A stretch of 63,972 bases of DNA, counting the filler, from Octopus bimaculoides (lineage: Eukaryota): the NCBI RefSeq assembly GCF_001194135.2. It is 7 parts of 7 records of this genome, joined end to end, with 100 filler letters (N's around TTAATTAATTAA, not from the genome) between each part and the next. Parts side by side here need not be neighbours in the genome. Positions count along the whole stretch, not along the records: positions 6,838 to 28,738 come from NC_068986.1; 6 more parts are not named here. One strand, written 5' to 3'. This document shows positions 12,183-24,935 of this stretch, piece after piece; position 1 is the first letter of the stretch; each line of letters begins with the position of its first letter. The notes beneath the pieces were generated by a model that saw only the letters and a list, made by a program, of their open reading frames with translations, ran no database searches and was not told the DNA's origin. Both the position numbers and the translations under genes were made by a program.

Positions 12183-12420
12183 GGGCATATGGCGTAGTGG
12201 TTCAGAGTGCGGGTTATTAATCTCAAGATTCCGAGTTCGATTCCAGGCAGTGACCTGAATAATAATAATAATAACATCGAAAAATACCTTAGGAATGAGA
12301 ACCCAGGTTCGAAATTTCCCCAAGACACCTGATGAAGGCTGGAAGATATATCAGCCGAAACGTTGTGTTAACAGCAAACAAGATGAGGACAAATATCCGT
12401 CAAATGTAAATAATGTACAA
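12183..12420 (+). mobile_element. SINE-like element: tRNA-derived head + (AAT)n + hammerhead-ribozyme module (family H1)
   Basis: A box TGGCGTAGTGG at 12190-12200, B box GAGTTCGATTCC at 12233-12244; the 3' module 12272-12410 recurs at 41088-41228. Confidence 0.8.
12324..12369 (+). ncRNA. Putative minimal type I hammerhead ribozyme
   Basis: Helix I GACAC/GTGTT; core CTGATGA (12329-12335) + extra A; helix II GGCTG/CAGCC; GAAA (12357-12360); palindromic ACGT helix III; predicted GUU cleavage after 12364. Folded by eye; activity untested. Confidence 0.7.
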
Positions 12421-12603
12421 AGTACATTACTCAAAATATTACATAACATGGAGTAAATCCACATTGTTGTGTAGTATTATGTAATATGTTATGTAACATA
12501 TTACATTCGTAATAAATTATCATGCTATTGAAACGCGTGTAGTGATGTTTTGCGAAATCTATTCCTTTCGTTTACTACATATTATTATTATTATTATTAT
12601 TAT

Positions 12604-13289
12604 TGTTCAGTAGTTTTATTTTTATAACGTGCTTTCACTTCACTACAGAGCGCAGCTCTGTGTGCCTTGGGTATGTGCTGTGGTTTGCTGTGATGCTCTT
12701 ATGGTTACTGTATTGAAAGTGTTTTGCGTAGGATGTGTGCAGTGCCCAGTAGTGCAATTTTCTGTATGTTATATATATTTGTAAGTCCTGGGTGTTTTTG
12801 TTATGTATTTGTCTGAATTTTTTTTTATTATACCTAAGGCAACTACTATGATAGGAATTGTTTCTGTTTTTAGATTCCACATTCGAGTTACCTCTATTTC
12901 CAGGTCTTTGTNNNNNNNNNNTGATCTTTGACAACTATATCTGGTCTATTTGCCTTAATTTCTCTATCTGTGTGTATTGGCATATCCCAGAGTATGGTTG
13001 CTTTCTCGTTTTCCGTGACCTTTTCTGGCGTGTGTTTATACCATCTTTTTTCTGTTGTTATTCCATAGTGTTGGCATAGCTTCCAGTGTATATAGGTCCC
13101 AGCTCTGTCGTGTCTGTGAATATATTCCTTCTTAGCCAGGACTGGGCAGCCAAAGATAATATGATTTATTGTTTGTTGTCCATCTCTACATATTCTACAG
13201 TTACTTATGTTTCTTTTCATTATATGTTTTTGGTAATTTCTGGTTGGGAGGCTTTGGTCTTGTACAGCAATTAAAAATCTTTCAGTCTC
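12604..13289 (-). mobile_element. R4/Dong-like non-LTR retrotransposon (RLE type), 5'-truncated 3' end
   Basis: CRICRDGQQTINHIIFGCP (CCHC), HRHD, NRPDIVVKD (PD-(D/E)xK nuclease), and terminal ...ALLGTAHILRK-type end; (TAA)n on both flanks. Confidence 0.9.
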
Positions 13290-13315
13290 TTATTATTATT
13301 ATTATTATTATTATT

Positions 13316-13838
13316 GAGTGAGAGAGCAATGCATGCCATCAAAGTGACACAGGGGAACAAATATACGAAACCCAATATACCCATCATGACTACCCGTCTG
13401 ATATGGGTACACCAGGCACATGCATTACAACCATATGCGCGCGACATGGTGATCTGATATCAAGATAAACAGCGCATAAACTTGCATGTGGAGCCCAGTA
13501 GCCCATCCTGCTCAAAAGATCTCTGAATAAGGCTTGTTTAGGGAGGATGAATGAAACATCCATGTTTCCAGAGGTGACTTATTCAAACCCCAACACATGG
13601 CTATGGTGCTCCCCACTACTCCTGCTGCCCATGATCAGAGCTGCACAAATAATCAGCCACTAAGGAACTTGCTCATCTGGTTAAGGTCAGACAACTGACA
13701 AGCCAATCTGTGGTATTGACCAGAACATTTGCTGTAGCCCATCTTTCTATACCAAGACAAAACATGTACAAGATAATGCTTCCAATCAGTTAAGATCAGA
13801 AGCCATGAAAGCCACTGCCTGGTACTGCATCAGGGCAT
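13316..13838 (-). mobile_element. Non-coding ~530-bp interspersed element embedded in (TAA)n
   Basis: Reverse complement of 41268-41820 over its whole length; both copies bounded by TAA tracts. Confidence 0.85.
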
Positions 13839-13868
13839 TCATTATTATTATTATTATTATTATCATAT

Positions 13869-14073
13869 AAGGTGGCGAGCTGGTAGGATCGTTAGCACAC
13901 TAAGCAAAATGTTCAGCAACATTTCGTCCGTCTTTATGTCCTGAGTTCAAATTCAGCCGGGATCTACTTTGGCTTTCATCCTTTCGGGGTCGATAAATTA
14001 AGTACCAGTGGAACACTGGGGATCGATGTAATCGACTAGCCCCCTCCCCACAAATTTCAGAATAGAAGGGATT
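13869..14073 (+). mobile_element. tRNA-derived SINE, family A
   Basis: Head GGTGGCGAGCTGG..GATCGTTAGCAC, B box GAGTTCAAATTC, body CATCCTTTCGGGGTCGATAAATTAAGTACCAG. Confidence 0.9.
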
Positions 14074-15399
14074 CTTCTTCTTCTTCTTATTATTATTGCT
14101 GTTTTGCTGTGGCAGTTATGAATTTTACATCGTAAATATTTTTCTGATTTCTCTTTGTTACTCAAATTAATTCTTCATATTTTTAATTTAACAGATTGAT
14201 GTTTATTTCAACAGATTTTCTACATGAATTCTCCTTTGGGAAATATTTCTCCTGAGACATTTGGGCTCTCCTAACAACAGAGATTTGTGTGAACATAGGG
14301 GTAACAATCTAAAGTTCGCAAGAAGCTAAAAACGTGACATAGATTCAGCCGCCAGTTAAGATCTACAATCGATTATTATTCGACCGTCTAGAAAGTGCTT
14401 CTACTACACACAGATATCCTAAACTTCAGCCAAAATATTATTATCTACCTGTTTGGTAAAATCTCACTTCCTAGCACATTACAATCATTGGCGAATATGC
14501 ACATTATCTTCTCCAGGTTTGTATCATATCGCTACTTTAATAGTCTCATAGGTGGCCAATTGTGAGATGTCTAACCAAATCCATTACCAAACAATTACAA
14601 CTCCGAAATTCTTATACACAATATATGAAGCATAAGCAAAACATAAGTTTATGGGTTTAAATATTATGTAAAAAAGGTTATTAACATGGCCTTCACATTC
14701 ACATGTCACTATGACACTACCTGATGTCTACGTAGTCTAGTTTGTCTGTCTAATACTTACAGAATCTCAGTAGATAACGTTCTAATTTTAGAGCAACAAA
14801 CATGCGTACTCTAGCCTCTAAACAAAGTTAGACACAATTTCCGATTGAAAGCACTCAAAGCTTTCAGAAAATCAATAACGAAATTGAATGAGATTTAAAT
14901 GAGGTAATTGTTCTTAAGTTTGAATACTATTAGCAATAAACATGATGCGAACATCATATTTACAGCACTGGAATCTAATTTATCGACTCGTGGAGAAAAA
15001 CTATTGCCAAGGAAGATATAATCTTCTAGAGAAGACTTAGTTGTATTTCTCAAATGCAACAAATTCACAAATCGTTGCTTCTCCTTCCTACCCAAATTTT
15101 CCCTGCAGAAGTTGAATTATACACACCCAAGCTTAACATTAATCATATCGATCTCTGACGTCATCACTCTCAGAGAGCCTCCAAAGGTCATGCATACTAC
15201 TTGTCTTCATATTAAGTTATAGCAAGTATGTTATTCTCATCTACCTTTAAAATATTCTATGCATGTACCTGCTTATAACAAATTCATATTCAATCGTTAT
15301 GAAAGGATGATATATAAAGTCGACGCCAGGTATGATTTAAACAAAGATGGCGGAACGACTGCGCTAAATACATTCAGCCATTTGCTAAATCACAAATAA

Positions 15400-15610
15400 C
15401 TGGAGGTAGCAAATGAATTGCTGAAGCGGTAGAACTCTGTATCAAATGTGTTGTGGTGTTTAGACTTGCACATTTGCGTCTGAGTTAAAATCCTGCAAAA
15501 ATTGACTCTGTTTTCCATCCTTCTGGGGGTTGACAAGCTAAATCAGACAAATACAGGCACCGATCTAATCAACTTATATGTGTTTGTGGTTTTGTACTCA
15601 TGTCAAAAGT
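15400..15610 (+). mobile_element. Old diverged SINE, family A-like
   Basis: CTGAGTTAAAATCC...TTGACTCTGTTTTCCATCCTTCTGGGGGTTGACAA resembles the family A body. Confidence 0.5.
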
Positions 15611-17011
15611 CATTGCTTGATCTAAAAGAACTATAGGTCTGGGAGCAGTATATTGCGATGCTGATATTCACTACACCAAGTCGTCAGCAGCTTCTAGTGG
15701 AATGCACTTACACTGATCGGTAACATAAAAGTAAAATGATTTCTTGTTTTAGGATAAAGATCACGAAATTAAGAAATCTCATTATACTAGTACGTTATTT
15801 ATCTGTACTAGGGAGAGTAAAAGCTATGCAGACATTTTAATACTTGAACTAAGAAGATAACAACAGAGAATTGAATACTACAAGGGATTTTTTCTGGTGT
15901 TCTGTAACTTCTATTTCTCCACCGCACTGCTACAGAAAATTATTTGAAATGGTCTTTTGCATTGATAATTAAAATAAAAATTACATTATAAATTGTACGT
16001 CATACGTTATCTCTGAGCGAACAAACCTCAAATGATTGTATATGCCACTGGGATGCTTTGCAATTTTCTTTATCTTCATAGAAGCAGGACTTTGAAATAT
16101 ATTTTTTTGCCCAATATTTGTATTATCTCGCGTTTAGTGAATTAAAGAAATTTTCTTTTACTCCCTCAGTTATGTTTAATATTGTTCGTTAATAACAATC
16201 ACCAGTCTCTTTACTTTCGTTGCAGATCAATGTACTCGCTCTTCATGTTCTTTCTTATCAGATACCTCAAGGCATGTGCGTATATTCAGCTGGTGTTTTA
16301 TCTCTATGCATAATATACACATTCCTTTCAGACAAGCTGAATCTTATGTATATATTTCTTTGTATTTAAATTTTATGAACTTTCTGCATAAGTAGGGACT
16401 GATTTCCAATTAAGAAACGATAACAATAACTAATTATAAGAATTTTAGAAACGTTTTGCATATTTTCATCGCCCCACTTTATTAAAATTGCAGAATATGT
16501 GCTAGACGGTTTCTTTCTGTTTTTACTCAGAAATTCAAGCTTTTTAAATTTACATGATAGTCTGCTCGTTGTCCTTCTTACTCAAGTACTCGAGTCTCCC
16601 ACCACCAAAAAAAAAAAAAAAGAAAAAAAAAGAAAGAAAGAAGAAACGATGTTGGGTCCTAACGAGGAAACAAACAACGAAGAGTTACATGCTGAACTTT
16701 AGAAAAAAATATTGCATCTTTGTACTGTTTCAGTTACCGGTTGCATTTTGTATAGTATGTATTTCTTAATTATTTCGGTTGTTTTGCAAGTATATATGTA
16801 TCCATCCGTCCGCNNNNNNNNNNNNNNNNNNNNNNNNNNNNNNNNNNNNNNNNNNNNNNNNNNNNNNNNNNNNNNNNNNNNNNNNNNNNNNNNNNNNNNN
16901 NNNNNNNNNNNNNNNNNNNNNNNNNNNNNNNNNNNNNNNNNNNNNNNNNNNNNNNNNNNNNNNNNNNNNNNNNNNNNNNNNNNNNNNNNNNNNNNNNNNN
17001 NNNNNNNNNNN

Positions 17012-17047
<36 letters not shown>

Positions 17048-17585
17048 CTTGTGCATGTACGCTTGTATGTATGTATGCATGCATACATGTATGTATGTAT
17101 GTATGTATGTAGGTAGGTAGGGAGGTAGGTACGTTTGCATGTATGCCTGAATGCACGAACATATGCATGCATATGCTTATAGGCATGCATACACACCTGA
17201 TCATGTGTCTTGTGTAAGAGTACAGATATGTTCACATGCGCATACACAAATACGTTTGTATAATACGGAGTATTTGTGTGTGCTTGTGTGTGTGTATGTA
17301 TTTGCATCTGTTTATGTATATGTATGTGTATGCGTTTGTGTGTGTTTACATTTATGTATGTGTGTATCTGTGTTTGTGTGTGACTTAATTTTTATAGATA
17401 ATTGGAAGCATTTTAAGGAAAGTCTCTTCTATAAGTAATGTTTATAAATTACCAGTTTTGTTTTGTTATTGAATTTTATTCAGAATTTGAAGAGTTGTTT
17501 TAGAATCTTGTAAGCTCGTCTTAGTTTCTGTTTTGCTTCATATTATTCAAGTTGTGGGTGGAGCAACTATCTTCACTTATATTAG

Positions 17586-17694
17586 CTTCTTCTTCTTCTT
17601 CTTCTTCTTCTTCTTCTTCTTCTTCTTCTTCTTCTTCTTCTTCTTCTTCTTCTTCTTCTTCTTCTTCTTCTTCTTCTTCTTCTTCTTCTTCTTC
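17586..17694. repeat. (CTT/GAA)n triplet microsatellite, ~36 units
   Basis: Pure tract; source of the spurious poly-E/F/S ORFs. Confidence 0.98.
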
Positions 17695-18367
17695 TGTTCT
17701 TTCCAATATCTTTTCCTTTTCTTCTAAATTTCAATTAAATATTTGCGGAAAACTTCTTATCTTAACTAACAGAACACTTGATTTTGAAGATGTGAAATTT
17801 GTTTATTTACTTCAGTTAACGTATAGCTTTTTCTTGTTGATTTTTGTCACTTTCCTCAAAAGGAAAATAAATAAATATCACGAAGAAAAAAACATGGCTG
17901 CCATTTTGTAATTTGTGATAAAGGCTTGTTTATAATATTCTTACTGGCTTGTGTATTTGTTGTTGCTGTTTCTAAAATTATTTTGATATTTAGAAAAATC
18001 AATTCAGTAGAATTTTCGTAGAATTGTGAATGATTTTAGATTACAAAATTATGTTAAAAAAAAAAAAAAAAATATCCGATTTCTGAATCGTAAAACATGT
18101 AAAATCTTTTTTCCCTCGTTTTAATGCTGGAGCAAATATATAATTTAAAATTGGGGTCACATTCGTTTATAGAGCAACACTTCATATTCCTTTATGAGCG
18201 AAATATTGATTAACAACTTTACGAGAGAAGTGAAATTAGATTAGAAAGTCCACAAAACTTTAAAACAAACGTATTAAGAGTTAAGTTATTATTTCTGTTT
18301 AACTCCAGGTCACATCTAATCAAGCGGACCAATGACCGAAAGAGAGACTAGTCATGATCATTCATCA

Positions 18368-18369
<2 letters not shown>

Positions 18370-18447
<78 letters not shown>
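18370..18447. repeat. (ATT)n microsatellite
   Basis: Pure tract directly upstream of a family A SINE. Confidence 0.98.
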
Positions 18448-18449
<2 letters not shown>

Positions 18450-18710
18450 GGCGGTGAGCTGGCAGAATCGTTAGCACGCCGGGCAAAATGCTTAGCAGTA
18501 TTTTGTCCGTCTTCACGTTCTGAGTTCAAACTCCACCGAGGTCGACTGTGCTTTTCATCCTTTCGGGGTGGATAAATTAAGTACAAATGTGGCACTGGAG
18601 TCGACGTAATCGACTAGTCTCTTTCACACGGATTTCAGGCCTTGTACCTATATTAGAAAGGATTATTATTAAGGCGGCGAGCTGGCAGAGTCGTCAGCAC
18701 GCCAGGCGTC
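18448..18710 (+). mobile_element. SINE family A, full copy plus a second tandem head (18671-18710)
   Basis: AAGGCGGTGAGCTGGCAGAATCGTTAGCACGCCGGG...; head repeated after an ATT tail. Confidence 0.9.
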
Positions 18711-20699
18711 CTTTCCAGACGGGATTTCGTCTTTCTGAACCGATTGACCCTGAAGTGATTTATATATAAGTCGAAACAATTTGTTGGACTTTTACGGTTT
18801 TTATAATTATTTCTATAATATTATGTTATGCTATATATTATATTCATAGTATTTAATGTAATATCGTGATATAAATAAATTATTGAATGTCAATAGAATA
18901 TTTCTATATTTAATTTATCTTAATTATTGAATTATACCAATATTTATATGGTATCCAACTGAAGTACCAGTGAATTGGATGCTTCACACACCCCTTTGAA
19001 TGATTTCTTTTCCTCAGTTTGTTACNNNNNNNNNNNNNNNNNNNNNNNNNNNNNNNNNNNNNNNNNNNNNNNNNNNNNNNNNNNNNNNNNNNNNNNNNNN
19101 NNNNNNNNNNNNNNNNNNNNNNNNNNNNNNNNNNNNNNNNNNNNNNNNNNNNNNNNNNNNNNNNNNNNNNNNNNNNNNNNNNNNNNNNNNNNNNNNNNNN
19201 NNNNNNNNNNNNNNNNNNNNNNNNNNNNNNNNNNNNNNNNNNNNNNNNNNNNNNNNNNNNNNNNNNNNNNNNNNNNNNNNNNNNNNNNNNNNNNNNNNNN
19301 NNNNNNNNNNNNNNTATATATGAATATATATATATATGTATGTATTTATATAAGGGGCATTACTACATAATAATGCCACACACTGTACTTCCCAAAATAA
19401 ACACACTTAGTACTGAATGCGAGGAAAAACAACCAGCAGAAGAAGACCAACTTTCTTTTAAATAACTCAACTATGTATCGACCGATTTCGCGATTACTAA
19501 AATGAATTTAGACTCCGCTCATCAGCATAGTATTGTTTAGGAAAAACATATCCAAATAAACAGAATTCTCACCTTACTAAAAACGAACACTGTCCGTATC
19601 CGACCCAGTAAAGGGAATGAAGTTTATCTGCATAAATCTTCAACAAGGCAGCGGGAAAACTACTGGGTTGTATTGGCACATGTGTTGAGACAGGAATATG
19701 TATGTATGTATGCACATATGTGTATATACACACACATATACATACATTTAATTTATATATATACACACACACATACCCACATACATATTGAAATAGCTGT
19801 ATCAAACATAGTGAACGCTCACATACAACAATAAATTGAGCTTATTGCATTTAGCTATACGTAGTTATAAGTACATTGAGACTTTACCGCGAGCCTACAT
19901 GAATTTGTAATAAACAAAAAAGAATTATTAGTGACTGAGTAGGCACCATAGACGTTGAACAATGTACTCTACAGCAAACGCTTAAACAACTGCTAGCCAG
20001 TAAGTAGGAGTCTGACTGCAGGCTTCTTCACGCGTCAGGAACTAATTGGTAATGTATCTTATCACTCATCCAATAACGGTTGGCTTTTTTCAAAATTTGT
20101 GGAATCCTCATCACTTATATAAGCAGCATCTGAACGATCAGGCGAGTTTCTCCGCCCGTAGAACTCTGAGCAATGCAGATGTTAATTCATATCACTCCAT
20201 CGAACCATTTATCTATCTGTGCATACTCAAATATGAGTATATAAGTATACATACACATACATTTAAATATATATATATATATATATANNNNNNNNNNNNN
20301 NNNNNNNNNNNNNNNNNNNNNNNNNNNNNNNNNNNNNNNNNNNNNNNNNNNNNNNNNNNNNNNNNNNNNNNNNNNNNNNNNNNNNNNNNNNNNNNNNNNN
20401 NNNNNNNNNNNNNNNNNNNNNNNNNNNNNNNNNNNNNNNNNNNNNNNNNNNNNNNNNNNNNNNNNNNNNNNNNNNNNNNNNNNNNNNNNNNNNNNNNNNN
20501 NNNNNNNNNNNNNNNNNNNNNNNNNNNNNNNNNNNNNNNNNNNNNNNNNNNNNNNNNNNNNNNNNNNNNNNNNNNNNNNNNNNNNNNNNNNNNNNNNNNN
20601 NNNNNNNNNNNNNNNNNNNNATATATATATATATATATATATATATATACTTACGCATACATACCTACATACATACATACATACATACATACATACATA

Positions 20700-22425
20700 G
20701 CCTTGACCTAGTTACAACATTCTCAAAGGATGGAGGGTTGAAGTTTGGTCAGAACAAATGTTATATGGTTGCGAAAAAAGGGAAAACTATAAACCAAACT
20801 AGTAACATCTCCATTAATGATTTGATTGCTTCTCCTGTATCTGACGAGGAATGTTACATATATCTAGGGTGGATGAAAATATATCTTACAGTGGCACCTG
20901 TTACAAAACACGTGTCGCTTTAGAATATTACAGACGAATAAAGAACATTTAAACCTCAGAACTCTCTGCAGTCAATAAAACAGTGGCTCACAATGTGTTT
21001 GCAGTCTCATACCAACATTTGGGCTGCTTGATTGGACGCTCGATGAGATCCGAGCTATTGATGTGAAAACCCGAAAAATACTAACAAGCATTCATAATTT
21101 CCATATAAACAGCGATGTAGACCGCCTCTCCCTTAAACGAAAATAAGGCGGAAGAGGCTTAACATCGATCTAAAATTCCTTTGAATATCGCATTATATCC
21201 CTTCAGCAACATTATATCCCTTCAGCAACATCATTTAACCACCAAGTATCGAAGTGAATCTCTTGACCAAGTTTGCATACATGAGGCTGATAACATCATA
21301 AGACTTGGAAGGTAGCTCCTTCAGCAACACTCTTTGTCTGATAACCTAGAATACATGTCCAAAGAGATCGCACAACTCTACTGCAACGTATCATCAGATG
21401 AAAGGATGAGCCTATATGAGCAGAAGACTATGCATGGATGTTACTTAGAAGGCTCCTTGATAATAGTAACATCGATCATCAAAGCAGTTTATCATGGATC
21501 AATGGCCGGATTACTACCTCTCGCTTTGAAGGGTATCTGTTTGTAATCTAGGAACAGGAAATATCAACCAAGTACCTGATGCACAAAAAGGATAGAGATG
21601 CAGGTAAAGCCGTAAAGTGTGACAACCGATGCAGACTTTGTGAAGTTCACACTGAAGATATCACCCACGTCATAAGTAGTCCAAAAATGTCATCGCGGTA
21701 TTATCTACCGATGAGACATGACGTTGTAGCTAGACACTCTATGATGAAATCCGTTAGAAGGATAATCCCAAGGACAAAGAAATAAGAACTCACAATATGG
21801 TGGAAGCCATAGCCACTCATAATAAAAAGGAATACTAGTGGAATGTCCCAGTGAAGACCTCAATAAAATGTAAGCACAACAGACCTGATATAATGATTTG
21901 GGATGGAGAAGAGAAACTGTGCACATTTGTGGAAATTAGCTGTCCAGCAAATGTTAACATAAAGCTGAAGATCAGTGAAAAAGAGAACACCTATGCTGAA
22001 CTATTGAAAATCTGCAGTTACTCTATCCAGATTACAAGTTCAGGTTTATACCTGTAATTATTGGGGCCCTGGGATATGTAATACGCTGCCTAAATACCAA
22101 TCTCGAGAAATTAGGCTTTTCAAAACCAGAAAGCTAATTCGAAGACTTCAGATCCAATCCATCACTGGAACTGTAAGAATCTGTAAAACTTTCCAGAAGT
22201 TTATCATTTATATATATATGAGCATATCTAGATATGCAACTATAAGCATGAAAATATATATATAAAACATACAAATCTCACATACATACATACATACATA
22301 CATACATACAAATAAAAATACCCTGTTGTTGATGTTGAAATTCCAATGAAGGAGCCTTGGATCTAGGTTAGAAACCGGTTCTTTCTCTATTGGCAGGAAA
22401 TCTTGAATGAAATTGAATAATGACA
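20700..22425 (+). mobile_element. R4/Dong-like non-LTR retrotransposon, 5'-truncated and degraded (late RT, CCHC, RLE nuclease, 3' UTR)
   Basis: LKFGQNKC, GGRGL, QEQEISTKY, CRLCEVHTEDITHVIS, MRHDVVA, HNRPDIMIWD...VEISCP, PVIIGALGY; ORF end near 22207; (CATA)n on both flanks. Confidence 0.9.
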
Positions 22426-22446
22426 TACATACATATATACACATAC

Positions 22447-22895
22447 CAGAGGCGATTCCGGAACCCGGGATCTTAGGGCATAGCCCGAGTATAAATTTAG
22501 TAAAGTGAGCCTGTATTTGCAAGCTGATTTTATTTCTGCCAACACTGACTTCAAGTATGTAATTGCAGCCAATAACTCGGGCTCATTTTATTGAACCTGG
22601 TCGCAGTTCATATATTTCTGTTCAGCATCTGGCAATCGTCTTAGAGGTGCCCTGTGTCAAAAAATATCATTCGTCGTAGACGTTCTCTCGACATCATTCA
22701 CACGCACATGAATCGGGCTCAGAAGTTACAGCCCGAGTTGTTACCTATAATCGTAAAAATTAAAAGTATTTCAAACTCAATGTTTTCTTGAAACAATAAA
22801 TTTCTATAGAGATTAGGGTTTAAATTCCAATCCATGAAAAGTTTCCGTTCTACAATATTCTTAAAGGAACGAAAAATTATCCATCAACTTGGGCT
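22447..22895. mobile_element. Probable non-autonomous DNA-transposon end with repeated subterminal motifs
   Basis: Starts CAGAGGCGATTCC; AGCCCGAGT-like motif five times in mixed orientation. Confidence 0.4.
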
Positions 22896-23500
22896 AATAC
22901 GAACGAGCCTGGTAGGTGTAGAAGACTAACTGGCATGTCTTGTCAAGAGTACAGGCGACAGTCAGATCGCTGATGTTTGTTGTACACCCAGCTTTCATTA
23001 TTTGATTGTTGTTATTCTGAGCGTCTGTGTGTAAAGATCAGTTGTGTTTTGTAGGGTTGCTTTATTTTTATCTTTAGGTTTGAAATGGAGAAAGACATTG
23101 TGCTAGATATAAAAAAAATAAGCCATTAATAAAACAGCATTAATATAACAACCATTTAATGATGTGGATTAAAAAATATCCCAAATTACAGAATATCGGT
23201 ATGCCTAGCAAACCGTGATGTTTGAGATGTATCTAGATAGGTTAAAACCGTATTCTAAAAAAGCAACTTGTGGGAGCGTTCTAAGAGGAACTAAAATTGT
23301 CAAGAACTCAATTGTCAGTTAAGCACATTTGAAATCTGATGATTACATTATGTATGAAAGCGCTAATATAACTTTACGAGCATCACAAAAACATTTTTCA
23401 TGTTAAAATACTATAATAAAAAACGTGAAAACCAGACCACGTTTTAACTTTATTCAACTGATATATTTTTCTATACACATTCACACAAATTCGAAACAAA

Positions 23501-23562
<62 letters not shown>

Positions 23563-24193
23563 NNNNNNNNNNNNNNNNNNNNNNNNNNNNNNNNNNNNNN
23601 NNNNNNNNNNNNNNNNNNNNNNNNNNNNNNNNNNNNNNNNNNNNNNNNNNNNNNNNNNNNNNNNNNNNNNNNNNNNNNNNNNNNNNNNNNNNNNNNNNNN
23701 NNNNNNNNNNNNNNNNNNNNNNNNNNNNNNNNNNNNNNNNNNNNNNNNNNNNNNNNNNNNNNNNNNNNNNNNNNNNNNNNNNNNNNNNNNNNNNNNNNNN
23801 NNNNNNNNNNNNNNNNNNNNNNNNNNNNNNNNNNNNNNNNNNNNNNNNNNNNNNNNNNNNNNNNNNNNNNNNNNNNNNNNNNNNNNNNNNNNNNNNNNNN
23901 NNNNNNNNNNNNNNNNNNNNNNNNNNNNNNNNNNNNNNNNNNNNNNNNNNNNNNNNNNNNNNNNNNNNNNNNNNNNNNNNNNNNNNNNNNNNNNNNNNNN
24001 NNNNNNNNNNNNNNNNNNNNNNNNNNNNNNNNNNNNNNNNNNNNNNNNNNNNNNNNNNNNNNNNNNNNNNNNNNNNNNNNNNNNNNNNNNNNNNNNNNNN
24101 NNNNNNNNNNNNNNNNNNNNNNNNNNNNNNNNNNNNNNNNNNNNNNNNNNNNNNNNNNNNNNNNNNNNNNTATATATTAATATGTAGGTATGT

Positions 24194-24261
<68 letters not shown>

Positions 24262-24443
24262 GTATATATATGTATGTATAAATATATATTGTATGTGCGC
24301 ATATATATGAAAAAATATATATATATATATACATACATATATTTGTGTTTGTCTATCTATTTCTCTGTCACTCTCTATTTATCTTTCTATTGTAAGAGTA
24401 CATGCATATATGCTCGCTGTGTGTATGTGTATGCCTATGTGTT

Positions 24444-24478
<35 letters not shown>

Positions 24479-24849
24479 CTGTGTTGTATATATGTGTTGT
24501 GTATATGGGTGGGTTATGTATGTTGAAGCCTGTAATAGGGAATATTTGCGCTCAATTTAGCTACATAGACAGATACATAGAACATTTTACTTCCGCCGAA
24601 CCATCTTTGGTAAACAAAACGCAAACTTACTTAGAGATTACGGTTATTTGTATTAAGTATTCCCGAGGTCACGATTAATCAGTCAAAACGCAATGTTTAC
24701 TAGACTTATTGCCAACTTTCGTTGAATCGATAATCATCGTTAAAGACAAAGTATATTTGTTTGATGAAAGACGAAAAAGGAAAGAAGCTGAGTTAGTTAG
24801 TAAGACCGGGAGTAAACGGAAATGTAAAGCAAAGGGGGAAAATAACAAT

Positions 24850-24900
24850 AAGGGTGATAACAAGAAGAAAAAGTAGTAGCGGTAGTAGTGGTGGTGATGA

Positions 24901-24935
<35 letters not shown>

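Noticed and set aside
12183-12255. Functional tRNA gene
   Set aside because: Acceptor and anticodon stems do not pair properly and there is no T-run terminator; it is a SINE head.
16226-16275. Possible 50-nt plus-strand exon (strong acceptor TCTCTTTACTTTCGTTGCAG)
   Set aside because: Weak donor, no recognisable peptide, no neighbouring compatible exon.
19360-20200. Stop-interrupted peptide-like stretch (…RIRPSKGNEVYLH…), vaguely like a Penelope RT N-terminus
   Set aside because: Similarity limited to a few residues; cannot assign without a profile search.
22343-22386. CCAATGA-A-GGAGCCT...AGGTTA-GAAACCGGTT hammerhead look-alike in the R4 3' UTR
   Set aside because: Two core mismatches (U4, G5), no G10.1-C11.1 pair and no helix I; only the ACCGGT palindrome fits.
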